DNA of 15,105 nt from a virus: the UHGV virus genome UHGV-0264650; one strand, written 5' to 3'. The notes below the pieces were generated by a model. The model saw nothing but the letters and a program-made list of their open reading frames with translations, was not told the origin of the DNA and made no database searches. A program made the translations under genes and the position numbers. Of this stretch, positions 7,869-14,158 are shown in pieces. Numbering within the stretch: the first letter of the stretch is position 1; each line of letters begins with the position of its first letter.

Positions 7869-8813
7869 TTACTCCCAATCTTCGCCATATTTAGAGTGCG
7901 CAACCTTATAGTTTTCTTGCGCCCGATCTAATATTCGTTCGTTTAATATGTTACCGTCTTCGTCAACTAATACGGTAATCGTGCTACATTTGCAGTTAAT
8001 AGAATTTGGGGATCTGCTCCACCATTCGCGCTGCTCATCTATGGTGTATGTTTTCCCGTGCCGCTGCGCGTGCGATAGCCTGGTAGTCGGTGACAATGCC
8101 GAAATGTGCATTTGCATAGTGCGCAGATTAAATTCTTCTGTCGCCGCTTCTGCCTCATCCATACGCGCTGTGCGTAACGCTGTGCATATTTCAGTTCGAG
8201 CAATACGTTTGCATCTGTATAGCGGTAATTGCGTCTCCTGATTCAATGTGCGCGCTATTTCCAGTGGGTTTAAACCACGGGCCATACCTTCAGTTAATCG
8301 CCGGGCCATATCCTTTTTGATCTGTGCTGTCAGCCCGCGCATTTCCTCAAATACACGGGTACGGACCAGGGCAAGGCGCGTGCGGTAAGTCGTGCTGGAT
8401 AGCACGGCAGACACATCAGGATAGGCGCTTGAGTACGTGATAGACTGGTTAGCGAGGTTGGCATATTCCTGTGCCGTGCCGCGCTGATAAGCCACCTTCA
8501 CGTAATTCTGCCAAAACCAAAAACTTTCCGGGTCGGTTAGCTCGAATATCTCATCAATCATGTCGCTGGCGTCTTCCAGCAAGTCATGTAATTCGTCGAT
8601 GTAGATCTGGAAGGTGTATTTTTTATTAACAGCCAGGCTATATTGCATTCTGTCCAGTATGGCGATATATGGATCGGCAACTTTCTTCAGGCAGACTTTA
8701 AAACGCTTGATAGCACCAGACCTTAACTTCCCTGTCATGGTCGGGTCTTCGGTGTTAGATGGCATTATCGCGGCTGGAGGTATTCGCCTGATTATTTTCT
8801 TCACCTTCATCAT
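7869..8813 (-). CDS. Head morphogenesis protein, Mu F-like / SPP1 gp7-like minor capsid protein
   Basis: Open frame 7869-8819 (316 aa). Position immediately downstream of the portal gene is characteristic, and the central stretch RIARTEICTALRTARMDE fits this family as I recall it. Start is ambiguous: the ATG at 8813 has GAAGAGG 6 nt upstream and overlaps the portal 3' end by 59 nt. Confidence 0.65.
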   Translation of the reverse strand: MMKVKKIIRRIPPAAIMPSNTEDPTMTGKLRSGAIKRFKVCLKKVADPYIAILDRMQYSLAVNKKYTFQIYIDELHDLLEDASDMIDEIFELTDPESFWFWQNYVKVAYQRGTAQEYANLANQSITYSSAYPDVSAVLSSTTYRTRLALVRTRVFEEMRGLTAQIKKDMARRLTEGMARGLNPLEIARTLNQETQLPLYRCKRIARTEICTALRTARMDEAEAATEEFNLRTMQMHISALSPTTRLSHAQRHGKTYTIDEQREWWSRSPNSINCKCSTITVLVDEDGNILNERILDRAQENYKVAHSKYGEDWE

Positions 8814-10125
8814 CGTCATCCTCTTCCGTTTCTACTTCACTGGCTGGGCCATCGTATCCGGCAGCCTCGCGGATCTCATCGCCGCTAAATATTTCTTCAC
8901 CAGTAGCCAAACAAGCCTGATTGATTTGCGCCATCTTGTCTGCGGCTTCCAGTAGCTCTGCTTTGGTCATGGCGTTAAGGTCGTCCCATAGCACTGATAC
9001 ATCTACTGGCATACTGATAAGGCGTAGATCTGCCATCTTGCGGAACAGATCTTCAATCTCGCCACCGATTTCCTCCCTGCGGGTCATGCAGCGGCTGTTG
9101 AAGTAACGCAGGTCTTCTGTTGATGCGCGTTCTCCCTGCTGGTTCCCAACCAAGATGCGGGTTGGAATATCAACACCAGCGGCGGCGGTTTGCAGGTTTA
9201 CGTCATAGGTTGATGACGGGTCAGATACGGCAGTAACCAGCGGGCTTACTGTCGCACCCTGTAACGCCATCATTACGTCATTACCCTTATTCATTTCAGC
9301 CGCAGCCTCATTGAATCTTTCGCGTAACTCTGTAACGTCGCAATCGTATGTTGCAGCCAGGGAGCGGAAGTCAATCTCTTTATCGAACGAAATGGCAAGC
9401 TGACGCGCTGCGTTTTTCAGGAATGATTCACCACTACCGCCTTCCACTTTTTCCAGTGATACGAATGCGTTGTAGGAAGGTTCAAGGAAAGCGATGACAT
9501 CATCAGAATAGTCGCCAAAGATAAATATGCGGTCAGGGTGGATCTTTCTGGCAATGGTCTTACTGTTAATGCGTTCTTTGTATTCCCACCACGTTGGCAG
9601 GCCATAGTTTTCATTATCCGGGTTTTCTTCGAAGTCCTTCGGTGTAAGAGCGCCAGCCCACACAGGGGTAAATTTTGCAATGCCTACGCCTTTTGTCACT
9701 GGCTGATCCCACGGCTTGTTATCTCTGATATGAATTAACAGACCAGAGTAACGACCAATGAGGCGGCGGCGATCACATTCAGCAACAGTGCGCCAAAATC
9801 TGTTGTTAAATTTCTTCTTGATTTCTCTTTCCCACGGCGTTTCCTTTTTCGCTTTCTCGTCTTCAGTTCCTTCAATCATCTTTGGCTTGGTGCGCCAGCA
9901 AGTCGTAACAATCTTTTCTACAGCACCGTGAGCGATGCCGCCGCGTCTGTACAGTTTGTATAGATCGTGATACGTGATCTCTTCTTTGAATCCGTATTCG
10001 CTCCACGCAGCATCACGTTTGGCATCTATCCCCATAGTGAACGGATGTGCCGCTGCATAGCGGGCAAAGGCCGCCTGGCGTTGTGACAAGGCAGCATTAA
10101 CCGCCAATTCTAAATTGGATGGCAT
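8755..10125 (-). CDS. Portal protein
   Basis: ORF-track ORF 8755-10146; the ATG at 10125 has an AGGAGT SD 7 nt upstream, the 10146 ATG has none. 456-aa product with an acidic C-terminal tail (ETEEDDDDEGEE). Position between large terminase and the F-like gene. Family not verified. Confidence 0.7.
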   Translation of the reverse strand: MPSNLELAVNAALSQRQAAFARYAAAHPFTMGIDAKRDAAWSEYGFKEEITYHDLYKLYRRGGIAHGAVEKIVTTCWRTKPKMIEGTEDEKAKKETPWEREIKKKFNNRFWRTVAECDRRRLIGRYSGLLIHIRDNKPWDQPVTKGVGIAKFTPVWAGALTPKDFEENPDNENYGLPTWWEYKERINSKTIARKIHPDRIFIFGDYSDDVIAFLEPSYNAFVSLEKVEGGSGESFLKNAARQLAISFDKEIDFRSLAATYDCDVTELRERFNEAAAEMNKGNDVMMALQGATVSPLVTAVSDPSSTYDVNLQTAAAGVDIPTRILVGNQQGERASTEDLRYFNSRCMTRREEIGGEIEDLFRKMADLRLISMPVDVSVLWDDLNAMTKAELLEAADKMAQINQACLATGEEIFSGDEIREAAGYDGPASEVETEEDDDDEGEENNQANTSSRDNAI

Positions 10126-10236
10126 AATGTTTACTCCTGAATACATGTTTACGCGTTGCTACGCGAAAAATAGAAAAACTTGTGGGGGATTGTGAGACAG
10201 ATTTTATGTAGCCAATTGAGAATTATTCTTGTTCAT

Positions 10237-10255
10237 CTTCGAAAATTTTTCGAAG
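10237..10255. repeat. Perfect 19-bp palindrome CTTCGAAAA-T-TTTTCGAAG in the TerL-portal intergenic region
   Basis: Read directly from the sequence: two 9-bp arms that are exact reverse complements around a single central T, inside an unusually long (148 bp) AT-rich gap within the late operon. Confidence 0.6.
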
Positions 10256-10273
10256 TTGATAATAATCAATAAC

Positions 10274-11752
10274 TTAAAATCCGCGCAGGCGTTTAGGTAA
10301 CATAAGACCCATCGCCTGTGGTTGGCTTAATTCAGTGATCCCCCATACCATCGCATCCATACGGTCAGGGGATTTTTTAGCGGTAGCTGGCACATATTCC
10401 ATCATTTGATTTTCCAGCGTGTATAGCTCACCAGTGTGTGCCACCCTTCCTTGTGCATACAGTGCCGATATTGGTTCAGCGCGGGCGAATTTACCTTTAC
10501 TTGCGTGCACCTTAACAATGCGGCCTTTGAATCCGGCATTGCGTAGTGTGGCCTCTGCCATATCACCACCCTGGTTGGTTTCGATAACCATCGCGTCAGC
10601 TTCATGGATGTTGTAGGCGTTCATTGATGCCTGCGCCCAGTCGTTAGGTGACATACGGCCTGAATAGTCGCCATCAACAGAATACTGAGCATTCTTGCCA
10701 CCACCATAAGCGGAACATGCCATGATCCCCGTTTCGTCCGACTCATCAGATGATGTTGTCGCCGGGTCAATGGCTATCACAGTGCGGATTTTCTCCTGCG
10801 TTATCTGCATTCGGTGTGCTGCGGTTATCATTGCTTCAGTCCACAATGCGCCTTCTTCGTCGAATTTACGCGGGCGCTGCATGTACTGGGCTTCAAATGA
10901 CCGTCTGTGCGCCTTCAGTCCGGCTTCATGGGTGTCATTGTGTTTTTTAGGCCATAGCCAGCCGTCCGGCAGGTTGTGAGCGATAGGAATGGCGAACTCG
11001 TTTTCAGGGTACAGATCCCAATAATCCAGGCTGTTGTCGATCTTCACTGGCAGGTTAAGGTGATACCACTTTTCACCACTGCCGCCGCGTAACAGGTAGC
11101 CGGACAAATCATCGTAGTGGATGCGCTGCATGATGACGATAACAGGCGTTGTTTGCACTGCCAGACGCGATGCAAGCGTATCGTTATAGTTGGTGTTCAC
11201 CTGCTTTCTCACCACGTCAGAGTAAGCGTCAGCGGGTTTTAATGGGTCGTCGATGATTAACGCGCCATTAAATCCTGATTCCATGTACCCCGCACGGAAC
11301 CCGGTCACCTGACCAAGTGATGACGTTGCATACACGCCGCCGCCGTATTCGGTCCACCACATCGATTTTGAGTTGGCATCGTTGCGGATCTTCATGGGCC
11401 ACATTGCCTGATAGTCAGGCGTACAGATCATGTTTCTTACAGTCGAGGAGTTGAGTAGCGCCAGGTTGTTGGAATAGGAAACGTGAAGGAATCTTGTGCG
11501 GGGATTTATTGCGAGGGACCGCGCCATCATATTGATAGTCGCGATCATGGTTTTGCCGTACCCTGGGGGAATGTTAATGATGAGTCGGGTTATCTCACCA
11601 TTAATAACGCGTTGCAGTGCATCACGGATGGCTAAATGATGGCCTGAGATTAACATCTTCGTTCCGTTCGCTTGTTTATAGAAGTAGCGATTGAAAAACA
11701 GGCCATCGTTTTCACATTTGGACTGAATAACTCGTTCTTTGATTGTCAACAT
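10274..11752 (-). CDS. terL: Terminase large subunit
   Basis: ORF-track ORF 10274-11758 starts at GTG; the ATG at 11752 has GAGGTG 5 nt upstream and lies 2 nt after the TerS stop. Contains a Walker A-like P-loop (PPGYGKT), a Walker B-like hydrophobic stretch ending in acidic residues (GALIIDDP), and a C-terminal region with conserved acidic residues (VIAIDPATTSSDESDETG) consistent with the nuclease domain. Confidence 0.85.
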   Translation of the reverse strand: MLTIKERVIQSKCENDGLFFNRYFYKQANGTKMLISGHHLAIRDALQRVINGEITRLIINIPPGYGKTMIATINMMARSLAINPRTRFLHVSYSNNLALLNSSTVRNMICTPDYQAMWPMKIRNDANSKSMWWTEYGGGVYATSSLGQVTGFRAGYMESGFNGALIIDDPLKPADAYSDVVRKQVNTNYNDTLASRLAVQTTPVIVIMQRIHYDDLSGYLLRGGSGEKWYHLNLPVKIDNSLDYWDLYPENEFAIPIAHNLPDGWLWPKKHNDTHEAGLKAHRRSFEAQYMQRPRKFDEEGALWTEAMITAAHRMQITQEKIRTVIAIDPATTSSDESDETGIMACSAYGGGKNAQYSVDGDYSGRMSPNDWAQASMNAYNIHEADAMVIETNQGGDMAEATLRNAGFKGRIVKVHASKGKFARAEPISALYAQGRVAHTGELYTLENQMMEYVPATAKKSPDRMDAMVWGITELSQPQAMGLMLPKRLRGF

Positions 11753-11754
11753 AA

Positions 11755-12240
11755 TCACACCTCATCTTCAACTTCCTGGACGATGCGGGCGATCTCTTCT
11801 TTCGTTACTTCAACCCGGACGGGTGCTTCCTCCCTGTTGCCGACGATCTCCTGTGTGACGCGTTCACCATATTTACGCGGTTGCAGTTTTGCCAGTAACC
11901 ACTTGCGCGTTTCAATCATCAGTTGATGGCGGCGGCATTCATCTTTATCAATGTTCTCCGCTGCATCGGCTATATCTATGATTTCATCAGCCAATACCTC
12001 AAACCCTATTTCCTTCGCGCGTATGTACATGTCCGAAAACTCCGGAACATCTCTGAACCATTTAAGGATTGTCGAACGCGTTGGCATACCTGGCATCTTC
12101 GAGATCTTATTAATACTCTTACCGTCCGCCACCAGCTCACAGATCTCTAATGCCTTTTCTTCGGTATAACCATGCGGACGGCCCACCCTTTTTGCGGCTG
12201 GCTTTTTATCGTCAGCCTTCGCCTTTTTCGTGCGGGCCAT
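11755..12240 (-). CDS. terS: Putative terminase small subunit
   Basis: 161-aa ORF directly upstream of and translationally coupled to TerL. Basic N-terminus (MARTKKAKADDKKPAAKRVGRP) followed by a helix-turn-helix-like segment, acidic C-terminus. SD GAGGTG 4 nt upstream of ATG 12240. Confidence 0.7.
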   Translation of the reverse strand: MARTKKAKADDKKPAAKRVGRPHGYTEEKALEICELVADGKSINKISKMPGMPTRSTILKWFRDVPEFSDMYIRAKEIGFEVLADEIIDIADAAENIDKDECRRHQLMIETRKWLLAKLQPRKYGERVTQEIVGNREEAPVRVEVTKEEIARIVQEVEDEV

Positions 12241-12250
12241 AATTCACCTC

Positions 12251-12496
12251 TTAATTATCTTTTTCAAATCTTAATTTAAATTCATTCATCATCTTTTCTA
12301 CTTCCTGTTCGGAAAGATAGATGGTTTCATTATTTTCTGCTGAATCAAGTGCCTTTCTTATTTCATCTGCTATTTTTAGCTCCTCATCGTTCACAACGTC
12401 ACCTTTTAATATTTGTTGATGATATATACGCAAGCCACAAAACTTGCGCAGTATGTTAATACTTCCAACCAGTCGAATAGCTCTTTCACTGTTCAC
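12251..12496 (-). CDS. AT-rich hypothetical protein (81 aa from GTG 12496, or 47 aa from GTG 12394)
   Basis: Open frame ends 10 nt before the TerS start. The first in-frame start (GTG 12496) has GAAGG only about 1 nt upstream; the internal GTG at 12394 has AGGTGA 4 nt upstream. Acidic product (..DEELKIADEIRKALDSAENNETIYLSEQEVEKMMNEFKLRFEKDN). Noticeably AT-richer than the neighbouring terminase genes. Confidence 0.4.
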   Translation of the reverse strand: MNSERAIRLVGSINILRKFCGLRIYHQQILKGDVVNDEELKIADEIRKALDSAENNETIYLSEQEVEKMMNEFKLRFEKDN

Positions 12497-12499
12497 CCT

Positions 12500-12571
12500 T
12501 CACATAATCGAAAGCGCCCATGTAATAAGGACGATAGCCAAAACCATATAGATAAAATCTGACTCTCTCAT
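12500..12571 (-). CDS. Mini-ORF 9 of array: 23-aa hydrophobic peptide MRESDFIYMVLAIVLITWALSIM
   Basis: ATG 12571 with strong SD AAGGTGG 5 nt upstream; the SD overlaps the stop of mini-ORF 8. One predicted transmembrane helix. Confidence 0.4.
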   Translation of the reverse strand: MRESDFIYMVLAIVLITWALSIM

Positions 12572-12585
12572 ATTGTCCACCTTAC

Positions 12586-12654
12586 TTACGCAAAGAAAAT
12601 GATAACAGTTAACAGCGAACTTATAGCCATGATTAAGAAATCGCGGTCAGACAT
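12586..12654 (-). CDS. Mini-ORF 8 of array: 22-aa hydrophobic peptide MSDRDFLIMAISSLLTVIIFFA
   Basis: ATG 12654 overlaps the 3' end of mini-ORF 7 (out of frame); only a weak GGGG about 10 nt upstream. Hydrophobic C-terminal half. Confidence 0.25.
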   Translation of the reverse strand: MSDRDFLIMAISSLLTVIIFFA

Positions 12655-12721
12655 TGATAATAAACCCCACAATAACAACCGCTGCGATACATACGAATAA
12701 TACAGCTTCGATAGTTTCCAT
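12647..12721 (-). CDS. Mini-ORF 7 of array: 24-aa hydrophobic peptide METIEAVLFVCIAAVVIVGFIINV
   Basis: ATG 12721 with SD AGGTGA 4 nt upstream, overlapping the TAG stop of mini-ORF 6 (TAGGTGA-N4-ATGGA). Resembles mini-ORF 4 at the N-terminus (M-D/E-x-x-E ... C at position 11). Confidence 0.4.
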   Translation of the reverse strand: METIEAVLFVCIAAVVIVGFIINV

Positions 12722-12729
12722 ATATTCAC

Positions 12730-12798
12730 CTATTGAGTCAGCGCGGTCATGGTAAGAACAATCGCAACGATCAGGAAAAAGAAATCAAGCCATTTCAT
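12730..12798 (-). CDS. Mini-ORF 6 of array: 22-aa hydrophobic peptide MKWLDFFFLIVAIVLTMTALTQ
   Basis: ATG 12798 overlaps the TGA stop of mini-ORF 5 (ATGA); SD GGGAG 8 nt upstream. Confidence 0.35.
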   Translation of the reverse strand: MKWLDFFFLIVAIVLTMTALTQ

Positions 12799-12860
12799 TT
12801 TTTAAACTCCCGATAAACATCTACGGCAATGACTACAACTACAGCCACCAGCAATAGCAT
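12795..12860 (-). CDS. Mini-ORF 5 of array: 21-aa hydrophobic peptide MLLLVAVVVVIAVDVYREFKK
   Basis: ATG 12860 lies 1 nt after the stop of mini-ORF 4 (TGA-G-ATG); weak SD, so expression would depend on coupling. Confidence 0.25.
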   Translation of the reverse strand: MLLLVAVVVVIAVDVYREFKK

Positions 12861-12861
12861 C

Positions 12862-12969
12862 TCATATGCGTTCATTGACACTACCTATAACCAGACCAAT
12901 GATGATAATTACGGCTACTACGCCCAACATCATTCCGCACATAATAGCCAGTAGTTCGAATATATCCAT
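12862..12969 (-). CDS. Mini-ORF 4 of array: 35-aa hydrophobic peptide MDIFELLAIMCGMMLGVVAVIIIIGLVIGSVNERI
   Basis: ATG 12969 with SD AGGTGA 4 nt upstream, overlapping the TAG stop of mini-ORF 3. This is the C-terminal part of ORF-track ORF 12862-13074, whose N-terminal half is a read-through of intergenic and other-frame sequence. Confidence 0.4.
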   Translation of the reverse strand: MDIFELLAIMCGMMLGVVAVIIIIGLVIGSVNERI

Positions 12970-12977
12970 GCAGTCAC

Positions 12978-13052
12978 CTATACAACATTTTTCCACCAGA
13001 AATAGATAATGACGGCGACCAACGACCACCAGATAGGACCGTAAATATTCAT
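12978..13052 (-). CDS. Mini-ORF 3 of array: 24-aa hydrophobic peptide MNIYGPIWWSLVAVIIYFWWKNVV
   Basis: ATG 13052 with GAAGG 8 nt upstream; Trp-rich single hydrophobic segment. Confidence 0.3.
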   Translation of the reverse strand: MNIYGPIWWSLVAVIIYFWWKNVV

Positions 13053-13130
13053 GGTGAATACCTTCAGCTTTCAATGAATATCATGATCGCCAGCCATACA
13101 GCGACGCATAAAGAAAGGATAACGAGCGGG

Positions 13131-13247
13131 TCAATCATCTCGCCCCTCCAACCAGTGCTTGATCTTTGCGTTTATTAGTGCAACTGCAATAAAACCCACC
13201 AGATATACAGAAATGCCGATCAATCCGGCAATGATATAATCATCCAT
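13131..13247 (-). CDS. Mini-ORF 2 of array: 38-aa membrane peptide MDDYIIAGLIGISVYLVGFIAVALINAKIKHWLEGRDD
   Basis: ATG 13247 with GGTGA 8 nt upstream (the SD lies in the last codons of mini-ORF 1). One hydrophobic helix followed by a charged C-terminal tail. Confidence 0.35.
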   Translation of the reverse strand: MDDYIIAGLIGISVYLVGFIAVALINAKIKHWLEGRDD

Positions 13248-13251
13248 AACA

Positions 13252-13320
13252 TTATTCACCGACCAGTAATATTACAGCGGCAGCCATTCCGATAAATAAA
13301 CCTGACAGAAAAGTAAGCAT
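13252..13320 (-). CDS. Mini-ORF 1 of array: 22-aa hydrophobic peptide MLTFLSGLFIGMAAAVILLVGE
   Basis: ATG 13320 lies 2 nt after the TGA stop of the 185-aa gene, with GGGGGTGA immediately upstream (coupled start). Confidence 0.35.
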   Translation of the reverse strand: MLTFLSGLFIGMAAAVILLVGE

Positions 13321-13322
13321 AA

Positions 13323-13880
13323 TCACCCCCGTTTAAAGCTCATAACACGCGGTACAAGCGCTTCTTTTGCTTTCGGCTTACGTTTGCCTTTCTTAGCTGG
13401 TTTTTGCTTGTCTTTTGCCTCATTAGCAATATCCCTTGCCTCTTGTGCGCTAAGACGTTCGGTTACTTCTTCTGCCTGCATTGCTGCAACCTGTGCTTCG
13501 TTTGATTCATCCAGGATTGGGAAGAATGCGTCAAAGATGCGGCCTACCATGTAAGCGTAAGTCTCGTTCGCCGGATGAGTTGGATCAGTGGTCGCCACGA
13601 CGCCAACATCACTTAGAACGTGGAATGTAGTGTGGGCCGCTTCATATACCAGTGTTCCTAACTCATTGTCGAATACTGCGATCACATAGAAATTACCGCC
13701 TTTCTCACCAGTACAAGTAAGCGTTAATCCTCCTGCCAGTTCGAAATCAGGTTCGATTGGTATTCCGGCCCTTTCGCAAAATTCATAAAACATGTCGCGG
13801 GTCGGGCAGAAGAAAACTGTTGTATGCTCAAAGAGCGGAACTTTGAATTGAGGCAACTTAATGCCTTTAGCCTTAGCCAT
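13323..13880 (-). CDS. Hypothetical protein (185 aa) with a globular N-terminal region and a highly basic Lys-rich C-terminal tail
   Basis: ATG 13880 with GAGGA 8 nt upstream. C-terminus EAKDKQKPAKKGKRKPKAKEALVPRVMSFKRG. Lies between the lysis cassette and the mini-ORF array. I could not assign a family from the sequence alone. Confidence 0.55.
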   Translation of the reverse strand: MAKAKGIKLPQFKVPLFEHTTVFFCPTRDMFYEFCERAGIPIEPDFELAGGLTLTCTGEKGGNFYVIAVFDNELGTLVYEAAHTTFHVLSDVGVVATTDPTHPANETYAYMVGRIFDAFFPILDESNEAQVAAMQAEEVTERLSAQEARDIANEAKDKQKPAKKGKRKPKAKEALVPRVMSFKRG

Positions 13881-14158
13881 CAGAATATTCCTCTATCCTG
13901 AAAAATATAACCCCCGCAAAACTGGACACCGCAGGGAGTGAAAACAGCTATAAAACACTAAAACGGCGCTGCATAAGTACAGTTTTTAGAATTTTATAAA
14001 ACTGGAGAATGGTGCTTTCTTCTACCCAGGTAGCGCCGGACCTGTTAATGGGACTGTTGATCCGGTATTACGTGTTTTTGACTTTTCCGCCGTCGCTCGC
14101 GGGAAGGATTGGCCCGGTTATGGCTGGCTGGCAGAAACGGCGACACGTCCACGCGCTG

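Noticed and set aside
10126-10146. Portal start at the first ATG (10146, MYSGVNIM...)
   Set aside because: There is no SD upstream of 10146, whereas the ATG at 10125 has AGGAGT 7 nt upstream.
10152-10172. ACGCG..ACGCG element followed by an A-run in the TerL-portal gap
   Set aside because: The stem is only 4 bp (CGCG is self-complementary). On the transcribed minus strand the T-run precedes rather than follows the hairpin, so it is not a terminator in the operon direction.
11753-11758. TerL start at GTG 11758 (MIML...)
   Set aside because: The GTG overlaps the TerS stop without an SD at proper spacing; the ATG at 11752 has GAGGTG 5 nt upstream.
12862-13074. 70-aa minus-strand ORF (MKAEGIHHEYLRSYLVVVGRRHYLFLVEKCCIGDCMDIF...)
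   Set aside because: Its N-terminal half reads through the intergenic region and another frame of mini-ORF 3. An AGGTGA-N4-ATG at 12969 marks the real start of a 35-aa peptide (mini-ORF 4), so the 70-aa ORF is an artefact of taking the most upstream ATG.
12500-13320. Alternative reading of the mini-ORF array as a frameshifted pseudogene of one polytopic membrane protein
   Set aside because: Not fully excluded, but disfavoured. Most segments have their own SD at correct spacing and an ATG, the junctions show coupled stop/start architecture and duplicated junction motifs, and the hydrophobic segments are separated by charged termini. A decayed gene would not regenerate SD-ATG pairs at each fragment.
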